DNA from: Microthyrium microscopicum
Lineage: Eukaryota
Length of the DNA stretch: 64,000 nt
Assembly (NCBI GenBank): GCA_010405405.1
Contig: MU004235.1
Span: forward strand, 262,538 to 326,537
Direction of reading: 5' to 3'
The notes beneath the pieces are model-generated. The model saw only the letters and a program-made list of their open reading frames with translations, was not told the DNA's origin and searched no databases. The translations under genes were made by a program, and so were the position numbers. Within the stretch, counting starts at the first letter, position 1, and each line of letters begins with the position of its first letter. Shown piece by piece: positions 1-12,210 of this stretch.

Positions 1-1635
1 ACTTTCCTAGCTAAAGTACTTCATTTTTGGGCCGCGCGCTTAAACTAAAGATTGGATTAAGTAAGGTCCGTAACTCTAATGATAGGCCCGCCTTCTATAA
101 TTCTGGTAGTTGGGTTAATACCTACTGGGGTCAACTTATATGCGTCTGCTTAGTTTTGGTAGTAGGAAGTTCTACTCATCATTCTAATCACAGAGAAGAG
201 GTTTTTAGACTAGTTACCTAGCAGACTATAATAGGGACAAAGGGGTGTCGACGAGAAGCTACTAGATGCTTTATGCCAATGAGAGTCGCGATAAAATCAA
301 GAAAAGCATTAAGCCTTAAAAACTTAGCTAGGTTAGTTCTATAGCCCTTATGATCCTTATTAGTCAATCTAAAATTCTAAAGACCTACCGTTAGCGAGAT
401 AATGGCATTGACGATCTAGAGTCGTTGAGCTATCTAAAGAGCTTAGTTCGGTATGCGTGTCTCTTAACTAGCAACGGGGAGGATGAAAATAGTACCTAGA
501 TCATAGTTAATAAGATAGGACGTGAGGAGGCTTACCGTCGTTGAGATATAGTAGTTATTGGCTAGCATAGATAGGCGGCATCGTATGAAATACTTCAGGT
601 ATCGACATGTATTATGTAAAACACTACACGGTAGCTCCGAACAGTAAACTAGTATATATTAGTAAGATTCAGGTGTAAGGGACTTAGCTTAGTGATAATA
701 TAGTAATAAACTAATGTATTAATTCGCGAAGGAGGTGTTTCGAGACTTAGGAGGTAACCTTGATGGCTAGTATGTCTGCTAGAGGAACTCTATAATACTA
801 CAGCATAGATTAGCAGCTATAGTAGGAAGTATACTCATTACAGTATTGGAAATAGGACTACCTATCTAGATCTAGTTACTCCTAAGTAGTTATTCTATGT
901 CTACGGCTAGTAGAGGTCTCTCCTAATCCCTAGAAACCAGAGGAAGAATACTAGCTAGACTAGGGAGCTACTATTGTATACTAGGTCTATAGTCACTATA
1001 TCGTAGATCTAAAAGCCTTAGTTGGAAGCACCTATGAGGCTATTAACTTTACAAAACTGCTCTATAGGGGCTATAAGATGATTCAAAGAGGGATAGCAAG
1101 ATACAAACTAATATACGACTAAAATTATGACCAATATAGCGAAAAATAATTATAATTTAAGGTCGAGATGGTAATGAAGGACGTAAAGGAGATGAGAGGC
1201 CGTTTATTAATGCACTAGATAGCATCAGCGGGTTAGCAACAGTATTAAATTAGACTTAGAATGGTGAGTAGGCAAAAGCTTTTAGGAGGGCATTTAGAGA
1301 ATAGGGATTAAGGGATATTAGTATGGACTTTAGTAACGCTTTATACTATGTCTGCAACTAAGTATATATACCCGTAAGGCAGCTATAGATCTAATTAGCG
1401 CTGTGGTAGTCATAGCTCGACTCGATTATTTTCTAGAGCAGTTAGTATCTAATAGGTTGATTGATAGGTTATAAAGTAGGACAGAATGTATATTCAGTAG
1501 TCAAGGGGGTCACTGTCATGGATAGAGCTTATTAGATGTCACGTTAAAGTATATTACCGCTAAAAATAATGTAATAGTAATGAATATAATGTTTTGTAAT
1601 TAATATAGGTTGTACGTTGGTATAATACCTCATAA

Positions 1636-1728
1636 CTAGTGTCTAGTATCTAGTGTCTAGAGCTAGTGTCTAGAGCTAGTGTCTATTATCTAGTATCTAT
1701 AACTAGTATTTAGAGCTAGTGTTTAGAG
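1636..1728. repeat. Minisatellite, ~7 copies of a 13-14 bp unit (CTAGTGTCTAGAG), inside the RIP block
   Basis: Units begin at 1636, 1650, 1663, 1676, 1690, 1703 and 1716; many differences are G/A transitions. Confidence 0.85.
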
Positions 1729-2319
1729 TCTAGGGTTAGATCCATGGCTACAAAGCTAGAGCTAGTGTTCAGAGTTACTATGGGCTAGCGCTAGTAACAT
1801 GGCAGTTAAATGGAATAGGGTTTAGAAGCATAACTAGGAAAACAAATAGGGAGGACGAAAAGGGGTAATGCTTAGCGTTAGGTTAGATTACTGTTATCTT
1901 CGCCTGATAATAGCTAACAAACTAGATTTCGTTAGCGTAATTAATGAGGCGAATGAAACTTATATCTATAACGTCCTATATGCGAAGACAATAGAGTAAA
2001 ATAAGGCTAGAGAACAAGGCGGAGGTTAGATAACTAATTTTTATGTTAGCAGTCAGAGTATAACAAAGGTAGGTAGCATTTAATGTCCTTAAAAGTTATT
2101 ATTCTTTAACGACTTCTAGAGTGTCATAACAAACGTAATTTTTGATAGCCTAGTAACTAGTCTAGTATCTAGTAGTAATCAATCTAAGGTAAGACAATCT
2201 TAAGCCGTGAGGTATAAGACCTAAGAACTAGAAGCAATCCTAAAGACAGTCCTGAAGCTAGTAACTACAGACAGTGGGCGACATTAGAGGGTATTAGTAT
2301 TAGAACATTTCGCGCTTGA

Positions 2320-5300
2320 CCTAGATAAAATTACGAGCCACGCTAGCATCCACGAGCTTGAGTAGCGCTTAAGCATATATATTATTAGCTAGCGGCTCAT
2401 CTACTTTATATGGAACTGTGAAGAGGTTGTCTAACATAATTGAGGGCAGGCTAATGATAATAGGATTCGTTGAAGTAGACCTATCTAATACCTAGCTAAG
2501 AAGAATAGAGATATAGCGATACTCGTCGCTAAGCACCTTATTATAAGGCTAAGGATCTGTCAACCTAAGGTCTATATTACTTGCAATAATGAAGAGACGC
2601 TTAGTATTATCCTACTTATAGACGAAGATATAGTCAATACGAACGATAGGAGTGGACCTATCTAGGCATAAGACGTATACAAACTAACTAGACTTGAAGG
2701 TGACCTGAGCTTCTAGTTAAGGGCAAGTAAATAACATCTTCTTGACATAATTGAATCTAGAACTAGGCTATATATACAAGTGTGGTATACTATAATTGTG
2801 CTTATATGCATACTAAAGAGCATTCTTAAAGGGCTGCTGTAGTTTACTAGTACGAGTTGGCATGTAGTTAACGTTTCTAGAGTGCGACTCCTTAATCTTG
2901 CTTAACACTAATGGATTAACATAGTCTAGGTCGCCCTTAATCTTAGTGCTGACTTCTTCATCCTTAAGATTACCTTCGTCTTCAAGCACCATACTCTTAG
3001 CTCGTGGAAGAATAGTGTAAAAGAGCGCTAAGTTAGTCTTAAACAAGTTAGCTATAATTTTGGTTAAGACGGGTTCTTCCGTCTTATAAGCATTAGCTAA
3101 GAGTAATTAATAGGTTTGACGCATATTCTGAGCATGGAGTAGATCTTAGCAAGCATTACAGTAGTTAGTATAGTAGATAATTATCTTCTATAGACGATGC
3201 AACATCTTTCTAATTAAGATATTTATGTTTATAGGGTTTGTATACTCTTATACTATGTAACGGTAATAAAGAGCAGTATGAATGTTCGGCAAGGCTAGGT
3301 CCTTTAAGAGTTCTAAGGCTTTGTAACCACGAGGAATACCTTTAGCGTTTAGAGACTAGGGAGTGCTTGCGCGAGAACTACTAGCAATCTTACTTACTTA
3401 GCTCCCTTCCTATGAACCTTCATTAAGCTGTTAATTGAGGAGAGTATTGCTACGGCTACGACTACGACTACGACTATGAGCTTTACCTCTACTACGAGCT
3501 CTACTTTAGCCATGGCTACTAAGATTGAGAGATCGAGCTAGATTGTCAATAAGACCTTAGGCTATTAAGAAGAGAAGCTTCTATAGCTTAGCTTGATGAG
3601 CTTGAATGAGATCATCTAAGTTGTTACAATTATTAAGACTTAAAGGTTCTATTAAGATACTGTTGCTACGAGTTAAGGACGCGTAGTAATTAATAATGAT
3701 GCTAACTAGATCGCGATTAAATGGTATATCTTGTCGTCGCTTAAATATAGCTTAAATATACTTCTCAATATAGCTTTCTCGTAGGGTTACCTAGAGAAAA
3801 GGGGTAATTATATAGGACTAACGAGCATGCTTAGTGATAGTATAGTTTTTAAAGTGGTGGAGTAGACCTTGTGGTGGTAGATAACTAGCTAGGTACGGAA
3901 ATAATTGAAGGGTAGCAGTATAAATCTTAACGCCTTGGCTCGTAAGAAGTTCGGAGAGTAGTAGTTTGTGTATTATTTAAGATAGTCCTTAATATTTAGA
4001 GTAGGCGGAATTAGGAGGGCGTGATATAAGGAGGTCTAAAGTAGGAGAGATGCTAATAAGTGGTGGGTCTTCTATACTAAGTCTATGTTTCGTAGCAAAT
4101 TTGTTTTTTTAGCCTACTGTGTTAAGGTTGTTAAGCTGTTTTCGCAAGACGATAACTTAATAGTAGTAGCGGCCTTCTAAGATAATATTTATGTGGATAT
4201 CAGAGCGAGCGGTAGAGTTAACCCAATAGAAACGACATCCTAGGTTAGCCTTTTAATTCTTCATCCTAGAATTCTCTTGTTGCTAAGGTATATCCTCCGT
4301 GTAAGCGATAGTAGGTACGCTAAACTAGATATTCTGACCGTTAAATCGAACGATTAAGCCTTTATCGACAACTGCTATTCGACGCAACGAGGCAACGACA
4401 TTAGGAAAGTTGCTCCCATGTAGGCTGATCGTTAGAGGGAAGACATTATTTCGTCAATGACGTTATTAGAAGTCTAAGGCTGCTATAATATAATAGACAC
4501 TTATAAGAGATTAGTAAGCGTTTTAGTATAGACTAAAGCCGTCAATGAAAACAAGCACGGGTAGAGATATGCTTTAGATGTTAGTAGTTTGACGATCGAA
4601 ATTCTCTATGTAATTACGTCTCTACGTTCTAAGCTTAAGCTCTCCTTAAGGTAGATGAGTTTGTTTAAGAGGAAAGACCTCTAAATTACTAGAATTAAGC
4701 TTATGTAACACATGACGAACAAGAGTCTTGTTAGTTAGAGTAGTAGTATTAATAGATCGCGTACTAATCTAATTATTACCCTATTTGTAGTCTAACAATA
4801 CGTCAGGGTATTGCCCCTTAATGTTTTCTTTAAGAAGGAAGTAATTGCGATTCTACGATAGCATAGCCTCATTGCGGTAAAGAGGCACTAGGACAGGATC
4901 TAACATCTTACTAGTATTAAGGTCTTATTGCTAACGTACTAGTAGCTTAGATAGGACGTTGATGCCGAAGAGCTTAAAATCATTTAGCCATTGACGTAGA
5001 ACAAGCTAGATTTCTAATAGAACTTGTTTACGGTTTAGGTCTCCTTCTAGGACGCTGCTTATGTAATTTTTGGCCACTTAGAAAACACGACCAAGATAAG
5101 GTGCGTTAGAACGACGACACTAATAATTATGATTATCGCAATAAAAGTACATGAAGTTAGACGGAAAGATTAGTCGCTACCTACTCATAGTATCATCTAT
5201 TAGGTCTAAAGGATAATGTGCGAAATCACTAGATGTAGTTTAGATAGAGGTAGCCTAAGCTTAAGAGTACTAAAGCTCTATAAGATTGTCAACGTAATAT

Positions 5301-6411
5301 GCTATGCTAAAGTACATCTTCTCTATGATATCTAACGCAAGGATGCGAACAAACAAGTTAATTAGATTAAAGAAATATGCCTTCTCCGTTTTTGAGACTA
5401 ATAACTAATCTAGATTAAGTATGATATCTTAAGTGCGTGTTTTGATTAATAGTAACTACTCAATAGTCTAACGCTTTAGTATAGTAATATTAGTTGGAAG
5501 ACCGTGGACTTCTATAGCAAGTTCTAGTATTTTTATAATGCCTAGAAGTGAAGTGAACAATGCTCAAGAAATTCTGGCTTCTTTGCACTAGAGGCCTAGA
5601 GCTATGCGGAAGCGTGTCGGAGGTATAGAAGAGCGCTTATAAGCCACTAGCTCTAAGGGATCCTCTAGGTCGTAATTAATTCTACTAAAAGCAGACTCTT
5701 CGTTAGACTCGTTAAGCTTATCGTTGACTAGCTCTTCTTCGCTCTCTAATGGTATTAGATCTTTATCCTAATTAAATGGCTTAGTTGGTACTATCTCTTT
5801 AGCGGATGGCTCGTCGAAAGGCTGCTTAAATTGTTAATTTGTAGTAAACTCTGCCAAGTCTATGTTTAGTAGAAACTCTGTTGAGGGAAGAATGATATCT
5901 CCGTTGAATTCGTCTAAATCTTAGTATATGTTAACCAAAAAATGTTAGTATAATTCTAGATGTAACCTACTTCATCTTATCCTTTAATGTCGATTTAACG
6001 AAGAATACGTATAAGTGGATCATCCTATAAGGGTTAGATTTAGGACTATTATAATTGCATAGCACGGCTTACAATATCCTAAATAGATGGGTTGAGCCCT
6101 ATTAGATTCGGATTAATAGCGTCGTCCTCTACGGTAGGCAGTTAGTAACCTAGACCAACCTAAGTGTCTGTTTCGTTGGCTTTAGGGTTATTAAACGTAT
6201 CAGCATAGCGGCTATTAAAGTCTTGTTGATTATCACCTAGTTCTTATTAATACTCATTGTCATTATTACCTACATCGAACATAAGCATATCATTATCCTG
6301 AGCAGATAGGCTAGGAGCTTAATCATCTTGAGCAGACGGGCTAGGAGCTTAATTATATACTGCGCAGCGATAAGGGTCCTTAAGACGGGATATTCTTCGA
6401 AAACTAGACAT
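2320..6411 (-). pseudogene. RIP-inactivated DDE transposase of Plavaka/CMC (Transposase_21-related) type
   Basis: Hand translation through stops, in order: ALGL*CKEARIS (~5570-5605); EL*YS*A*ATSI*TTSSDFAHY (~5215-5280); LPVLVFIDGFSLY*NAY*SL (~4510-4565); FPLTISLHGSNF; YTEDIP*QQENS then LGCRF (~4230-4305); SRPPNSAYSKY (~3995-4025); PNIHTALYY...EY (~3240-3290). ATG at 6411 and a likely intron near 5915-5965. The 3' end is approximate. Confidence 0.75.
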
Positions 6412-6837
6412 TGCTACAACTAGAATAAGCGTAGGTGGTAGAAAGTAAGCCGGTAGGATCAGACTTAGTGGATGGATGGAATGCTAAGGGATAATAAAGG
6501 AAGTAGTAGATGGATGAAGTAGTGGATGGATAAAGTGGTAAATAGATGAAGTGGTAGATAGTAAAGTGTTAAGAGACAAACGTTTATAGCCTTAGGTTAT
6601 ATGAGCAGCTACCTGCAATGTACCTGCCTTAGGCGTAGAGATGTGGTAAGTTATTACTATAGAAAGAAGGCATAATGCTAGTAAAAGGAAGGAGCACTAT
6701 ACTAGGGAGGCAGTCGCGTAGACTTAAAAGAATTATAAAGTACCACCTCGTAAGTCTTTTTTGGCATGTTAATCTATATTATAATCACGATCACGATTAT
6801 CATTAAGTAAATAATAAAACTTATATACGCAAACACA

Positions 6838-7283
6838 ATGTCCTCTTAAGCACTATTTCCTCTAACCTCTTCTCCTCCCGCGTCTTCTTCTCTAGGGTCC
6901 TCCTCGCCCCTACTAAGCGCTTAATTAGGTACTACTCTGGGTCATGGTGATTCAGATTATATTAATCTAGTAGCTTTGTTTAATAATGCTCCTCTTTCTG
7001 CTCTTCCTACTCCGTCTCATAAGCTATACTATTCCCCTTTTATAGATTCTGTAATAGCTAATTATTGTTGCAGTGCAAGAGGCTATTAGTCGCCTAGAAG
7101 AGGCGATGAGTTTAGTTCTAGAGATAGAATAATTGGGTGAGACTAAAAATCTGCTATGGTTAAGAGCCTATATATTTAAAATGCAAGTCAAAGCAAAGCC
7201 GTTTGTAAGGGTAGAAGGTGAAGGAGAGGAGGATGCTGCGATAGAGATAGATAGTAAGACGAAGGTTGAGAACTTAAGTTAAT
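6838..7283 (+). pseudogene. RIP relic of a small Ser/Pro-rich gene, divergent from the transposase
   Basis: ATG at 6838 in acaATG context; reads MSS*ALFPLTSSPPASSSLGSSSP...WLRAYIFKMQVKAKPFVRVEGEGEEDAA with only RIP-type stops. Confidence 0.45.
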
Positions 7284-7999
7284 AGGATATATTAATATAC
7301 TAACATCAATAACCCTATGCTTCGTCCTATCGTAACCTTTAAAATACTACACTATGAGAGTTAGAGACAATGTAGGCCAAAAGGATTAACAATATAAGAC
7401 GGCTATTGCAGCAACTAAGGAACATTATATGATATTAGAGAAGGGCCATAAATTAGTGACAAATAATTTATTATCCTAATGCAATAGATAACAAACGAAC
7501 AAACAAACACTTTTGGTGGTAAGACCCTAAACCTGAATATCTATGAAGTTCAAAACCCCGAGTCGAACCCTTTTTTGTTACGGCTAAGTAGGTTAAATCG
7601 ACCGTTGAAGAGGAGGATTAAGTTCACCTAATCGAGATACTTGACCGAAATAATGCAATAGGAAACTAATACAATAAGAACTAGTAAGCAGCTCGATAAC
7701 AATACGAGTTGTTGAAATTATATAGCATATGCTAGCATAAAAGAGCTGCCAGAAATAAAGGGTATTAAACGCCGTTGAATACGGTTAAAAGCAAAAACTT
7801 TTTTACCATCCCGCTGTGAGAAGCAATCTATAAACTAATGCTGAGATAGCAAGCTGAAGAAGTGCCAAAATAAGAGAGTAATCGTAAAGAAAGAACATAA
7901 AGCTAACAGAAGTCGAGAGAATTAAAAGCTAAAGGTAACAAAGAGCAACAACAAGCAGCTAAAATATCAAAAAAGAAATAGTCAACAGTTAGTTGGACG

Positions 8000-10368
8000 A
8001 GCTAGTTCAAGAGTCCTATATAAACGTTTATTAGCGATACTCTAGTAAGAGTTAGTATGTAGTTCTCCATTTTCGTCACCTACATACTAAATTTCTCCTC
8101 TATATCCTATCTCCTCCTCTACTAGATCTAATGCACGAGCGCGCGGATTAAGACGTTCGTAGTATGGTTGAGTATGACTAGCATTAATGTCAGGATAGAT
8201 ATTTGGGTTCCTAAATAGTAGGTCTTAGAATTGCGGATTAATAGCAGAGCTGGATACTTTAGAACCGCGTGTAGCTAAAGGAGAACTATCTTCTTAACTA
8301 AGAAATAGATCCTCTTAATTGGCAGTAGCACCTTGCTCTTAAAGATTGCGATTAAGATCCTTAGAATACTCCTTAATTGGAGGCAAAGTGGCCTACTTAT
8401 TAAGACGAAGTATAGAGAGGGTAATATAACCCTTTCTCGCTTGCTTAACTTCGGCCTTGCGCTTTGATTGACTAGCCTAGAAACCTTAGCCAATAATCTA
8501 AAAGTCGGTAAGATTAATATTATTCTAGTTTTCGTGAAGAGTAGCAACATTAAGACGAATGCTGATAGCCTTATCGCGTTTGTCTTTAAGAGCCTAGTTA
8601 TTAATAGCGGTGCTAATAGGGAAGGAGGTAAGTAACTTAGCGGCTGCTATATAGACGTTGACCCACATAGCTTTAAGATGTTAGTATAAATCAAGATGAG
8701 AAGTAAAGAGGATATACTTTTCATAAAATGCTTTCTAAGACTTAGGCTCTAGGTATAGGTGACTACATCCTTAATATGCGAGAAGACCTAATAATAGCTT
8801 AGAATACTAAAACGATTCTTAAACTACTGAGCGTAATAATCCTAATTAAAAGGCTCTCTACGCAAATTAGGCTTAGTAGTAAGGACCTTATAGACCTGCT
8901 TCACAATACGCTTATAAATATACTTCTTATGAGAACAATAAGCCTCTTGCGTGAGGCCTCATGTACATATAAAGACATTATTAAAAGAGCCAAATTTACC
9001 GTCGATAAAGATGGCATTCATGATATTAGGCAAGTTTTTGTTGTTCTAAATTAGCAACATGTTGAGCTTAATATATTGTATTATGCGCTTATAATAGTAC
9101 ACGTCCTTCGCCTTAGTGGCTTATGTAACTGCTTTGTGCTATGGATCTTAAAGTTCACGCACGAGCATAGAATTATCCTCGACGGCTTTATGGATCTCAG
9201 TACGAGACTTTGCGTTGATAATAGAGAGCTATAGTTCTTGCAACTCTAAAACTGCAGCAGAAGTTGAGGATAGACCTCTAGGAGAATATGATGGAGTAAT
9301 AGGAGAGGCTCTAAGACGACTAACTAATGCTAAGCCTAAAGGCAAAGGGTAGGTCTACTAATGAGCGCGAGGACTAGCAAGCTAACGTGGTGTCTGTAGT
9401 AGAGCACTTAAGGGAGTAAAACCTTGAGACGTAGAAGCTAATAATCTAGCCTAAGATGCTAAGCGCAAAGTAAGCTAACGTTAAGCAGAGGGTTAAGCTT
9501 AAGAAAGATCGATACGTGGAATAGTAGCACGTATAGAGCCATATAGAATAGGGGTCGAAGCGTGACGACGCTACAACTCTTCATAAACCTAACGTAATTG
9601 CTTTTCTTCTTCGTTTAGATCTTGCATATATGTAGCGTCTAAATTAATCTCCTACTAGCAAATTATCTTATTTTCTACAATAGTGTATAATAGGTTATTC
9701 ATAAGAGGGTGAAATACAGCTAGCGAAATACCAAGCTTAGCATCGCGTACAGTGTTAGGATAGTCAATAGAAGCTAGTAGCAGAGGTATAGCAGGTAAGT
9801 TAGTGTTACTACCAGACTATGGGGCCCTACTAGGACCTCTAGGTCAGAGAGTAGCCAGCACGGGACGCAAGTTTCGCTAATTATACACAGAGGTGTAGTT
9901 AGCGTTATATTATAGCGTCCAAAAGTTTTGCGCAAAGCTCTATCTGATGTTAGCAAACTATTTACGAGAGTCAAAAGGGAAACCTAGACTTACCTCTCGC
10001 AATGGAGTAAAAGGACGGTTATCTTAGAGAGTTTAAGTGCTAGTGCTACAACGAAGTTGTTGTTAAATGTCAATCTCAATTGGACGCAGATTCTAATAGC
10101 TGCTAAAACCGCGCAGAGGCTGCTAAGCAGAAGTGCTACGCGTAGGCACAAAAAGACGTTTGCTAGGCGCATTAGAGGCACTCAACTCTGGCTGAACGGT
10201 CGCACTAGGATCGCGCGCAGGAGTTAGAGTGCCCTCGTTGCTACCATGGCCACTACTACTACCACGGCCACGGCCGCGACGTGCTGCTGTATCTGATCAA
10301 TGTACTCCAGTACCACGACCACCGCCACGCGGACTACCCGTACTAGGGCTAGTGCTAGGCGAAGACAT
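8000..10368 (-). pseudogene. RIP relic of a second large element-borne gene (RG-rich N-terminus; possible TnpA-like accessory protein)
   Basis: ATG at 10368; MSSPSTSPSTGSPRGGGRGTG...ARRGRGRGSSSG; GTAAGT donor near 9990; coding-like relic continues to ~8,000 (end approximate). Confidence 0.5.
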
Positions 10369-10818
10369 GACGATTAAAAGACAGAAGATACAAAGAGCAA
10401 AAAAGGAAAATTAACAATTAAGGAAAAAGGGCTATACGAACTGTGAAGACTAATATGAATGTTAGAGATAAATATCAGAGATGGATGTTATAGAAGAGTG
10501 TAGGAAAGGGAAGATCTAGAATAGGGTCCACGGTTTAAAAAGATACGCCGTAGGGTATTTAAGTGTTAGCGTGGTAGAAGCTTAGCATAGAAAAACTATT
10601 TGCCCAGTATAGAGACGCAAGTGCGGCGGCAAACTAACCTCTTTGTGCCTAAAAGCCTATAATTGGTAAATGCTACCTTGATAAATAACTGTGTTTGCCT
10701 AATTAAGCCTAGTGCACGGATGCTTGGCAACACGAGAATAACGGATTTAACAAACTTAGGCTCAGAAATTAGTTTGGGGTGGCCCAAGCTTGCGTTGACC
10801 AATCAGAGCTTGGCTTGG

Positions 10819-10876
10819 CAGGGCACCCCCAGGGCATCGCCAGGGCAGATGAAATCCACCAGGGCATCGCCAGGGC
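10819..10876. repeat. Subterminal direct repeats: CCAGGGCATCGCCAGGGC x2 (30-bp period), five CAGGGC cores
   Basis: Exact copies at 10829-10846 and 10859-10876; CAGGGC at 10819, 10830, 10841, 10860 and 10871. Confidence 0.85.
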
Positions 10877-12210
10877 TGCTACCTACCTAGGCGCAGCTAT
10901 GTACGATTAGGTTAGATGAATATCGCTCGCCTCGGTACAGCGATGTTCCTGGTGTATCGTATCCTCAACTTGCAAGTTGTTCGTTACGGCAACCACCAAC
11001 TCACACAGGGTCTGGCTTGTATTTGTTTTGAAACTCATGCCAATTGATCCTGAAGGAGCAATCTGTTCTGTTTATCTGCCAAAACTTTGGGATTGATGTC
11101 ACCATGGACGTCAGAAGGCCAAAGCCAGCGATAAAACATCCACGGCGCATACCGGTACCGTGGGCGCTCTGTATGAATGCGTGAACCTGCACGTGGTATG
11201 TGAGTTGATTTCAATCCGTAATCCGTATACTTAATGCTACAAGTGAAGTAAGAACATGATATTGTCAAGACATGCCAGTCTGATGGCAGTGCACTTCACG
11301 CATTCCTTGTCTGTCAACAATACAACGTTAATAAGAGTCACAATACCTTCTTATCGCTTCCTAGCTGATATGAGCCTCTGTAAGGGCCATAGCACGCGGT
11401 ATGGAGCTTGATGTATGTCCATTTCTCAAAGAACATGAGGATCTTCTCTACCCTTCCTAGGCAGTGATGAATATCATCAGTGACGGCCTGTTGAAGGTCA
11501 ACCACCTTTTCGTCAGTGCCTGTTAGGAGGAGCGGACTGGTAGACCGCTTGTTGAGGATATAGATGAGGTCAAGGTGAAGATAGAAATCTGAAGCGAGGC
11601 CAGAGAAGCTCGCGTGGCGTTATCGTGAAAAGCAACTTCGTGGCGTCAAGCGGTGACCAGCTTGAGGCTAAGGCGACGAATAAGATGGGTTTCCAAAAAG
11701 ACATCAAAGTGCAATTGAAAAATTGCGGATGAGCTTCTTTGGAGGACTTGAACTGTAATGGGATGAGGCTGCATTTCTCATGTACAGTGAAGACAGTAAT
11801 ATTGAATTGTACGCGCATGTTGGCTAGAAATTTAGATCTGCGCAACTGTTTTGCTCCTTTCCTTAGCGGACGTTTATCTCAGGAGATGGTTGGACAACCA
11901 CAGAAAACAGAGGGAGGAAAATGGCCATGTACGCTTTGCATTCTCACCGCCCTGCGGCCGTTTCGGGCATCCCTGTGAGGCTGAGAGACCCTGCTTCTGT
12001 TCGGTGGATTCTTCGTCATTCTAGACAATCTTGTGGAAAGCAAGATAGCGATTGCTCATTGCACAAGCACATTCAGACCGCCCAGTCAACGGCCCGACTT
12101 CCGATCTTTCTTCCAACCTCATCCCACTCTTTGTTCCCCATTCAACTCGTCTAAAACCTTGTCTATCCAGCTCACCCACAGCCAGACAGTAGTTAAGCGA
12201 TCCTTATCTC

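Larger units (their letters stand above)
1..10901. mobile_element. RIP-degraded large multi-gene DNA transposon (Plavaka/CMC-CACTA-like); left end lies outside the window
   Basis: Strong TpA excess and CpA/TpG depletion; almost no ORF over 90 aa in 10.9 kb; stops fall where CAA/CAG/TGG/CGA codons would be; composition returns to normal at ~10,900; contains a recognisable transposase relic and subterminal repeats. Confidence 0.85.

Noticed and set aside
1..1150. Coding-like relic on the plus strand
   Set aside because: Too mutated to assign a frame or family by eye; not listed as a separate feature.
1636..1728. CRISPR-like repeat array
   Set aside because: Eukaryotic context, contiguous 13-14 bp units with no unique spacers, and no cas genes.
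1..10901. Starship or LTR retrotransposon as the identity of the RIP block
   Set aside because: No tyrosine-recombinase, reverse-transcriptase or integrase motifs could be recovered; the recognisable relic is a DDE-type transposase. The left end is outside the window, so nesting in a larger element is not excluded.
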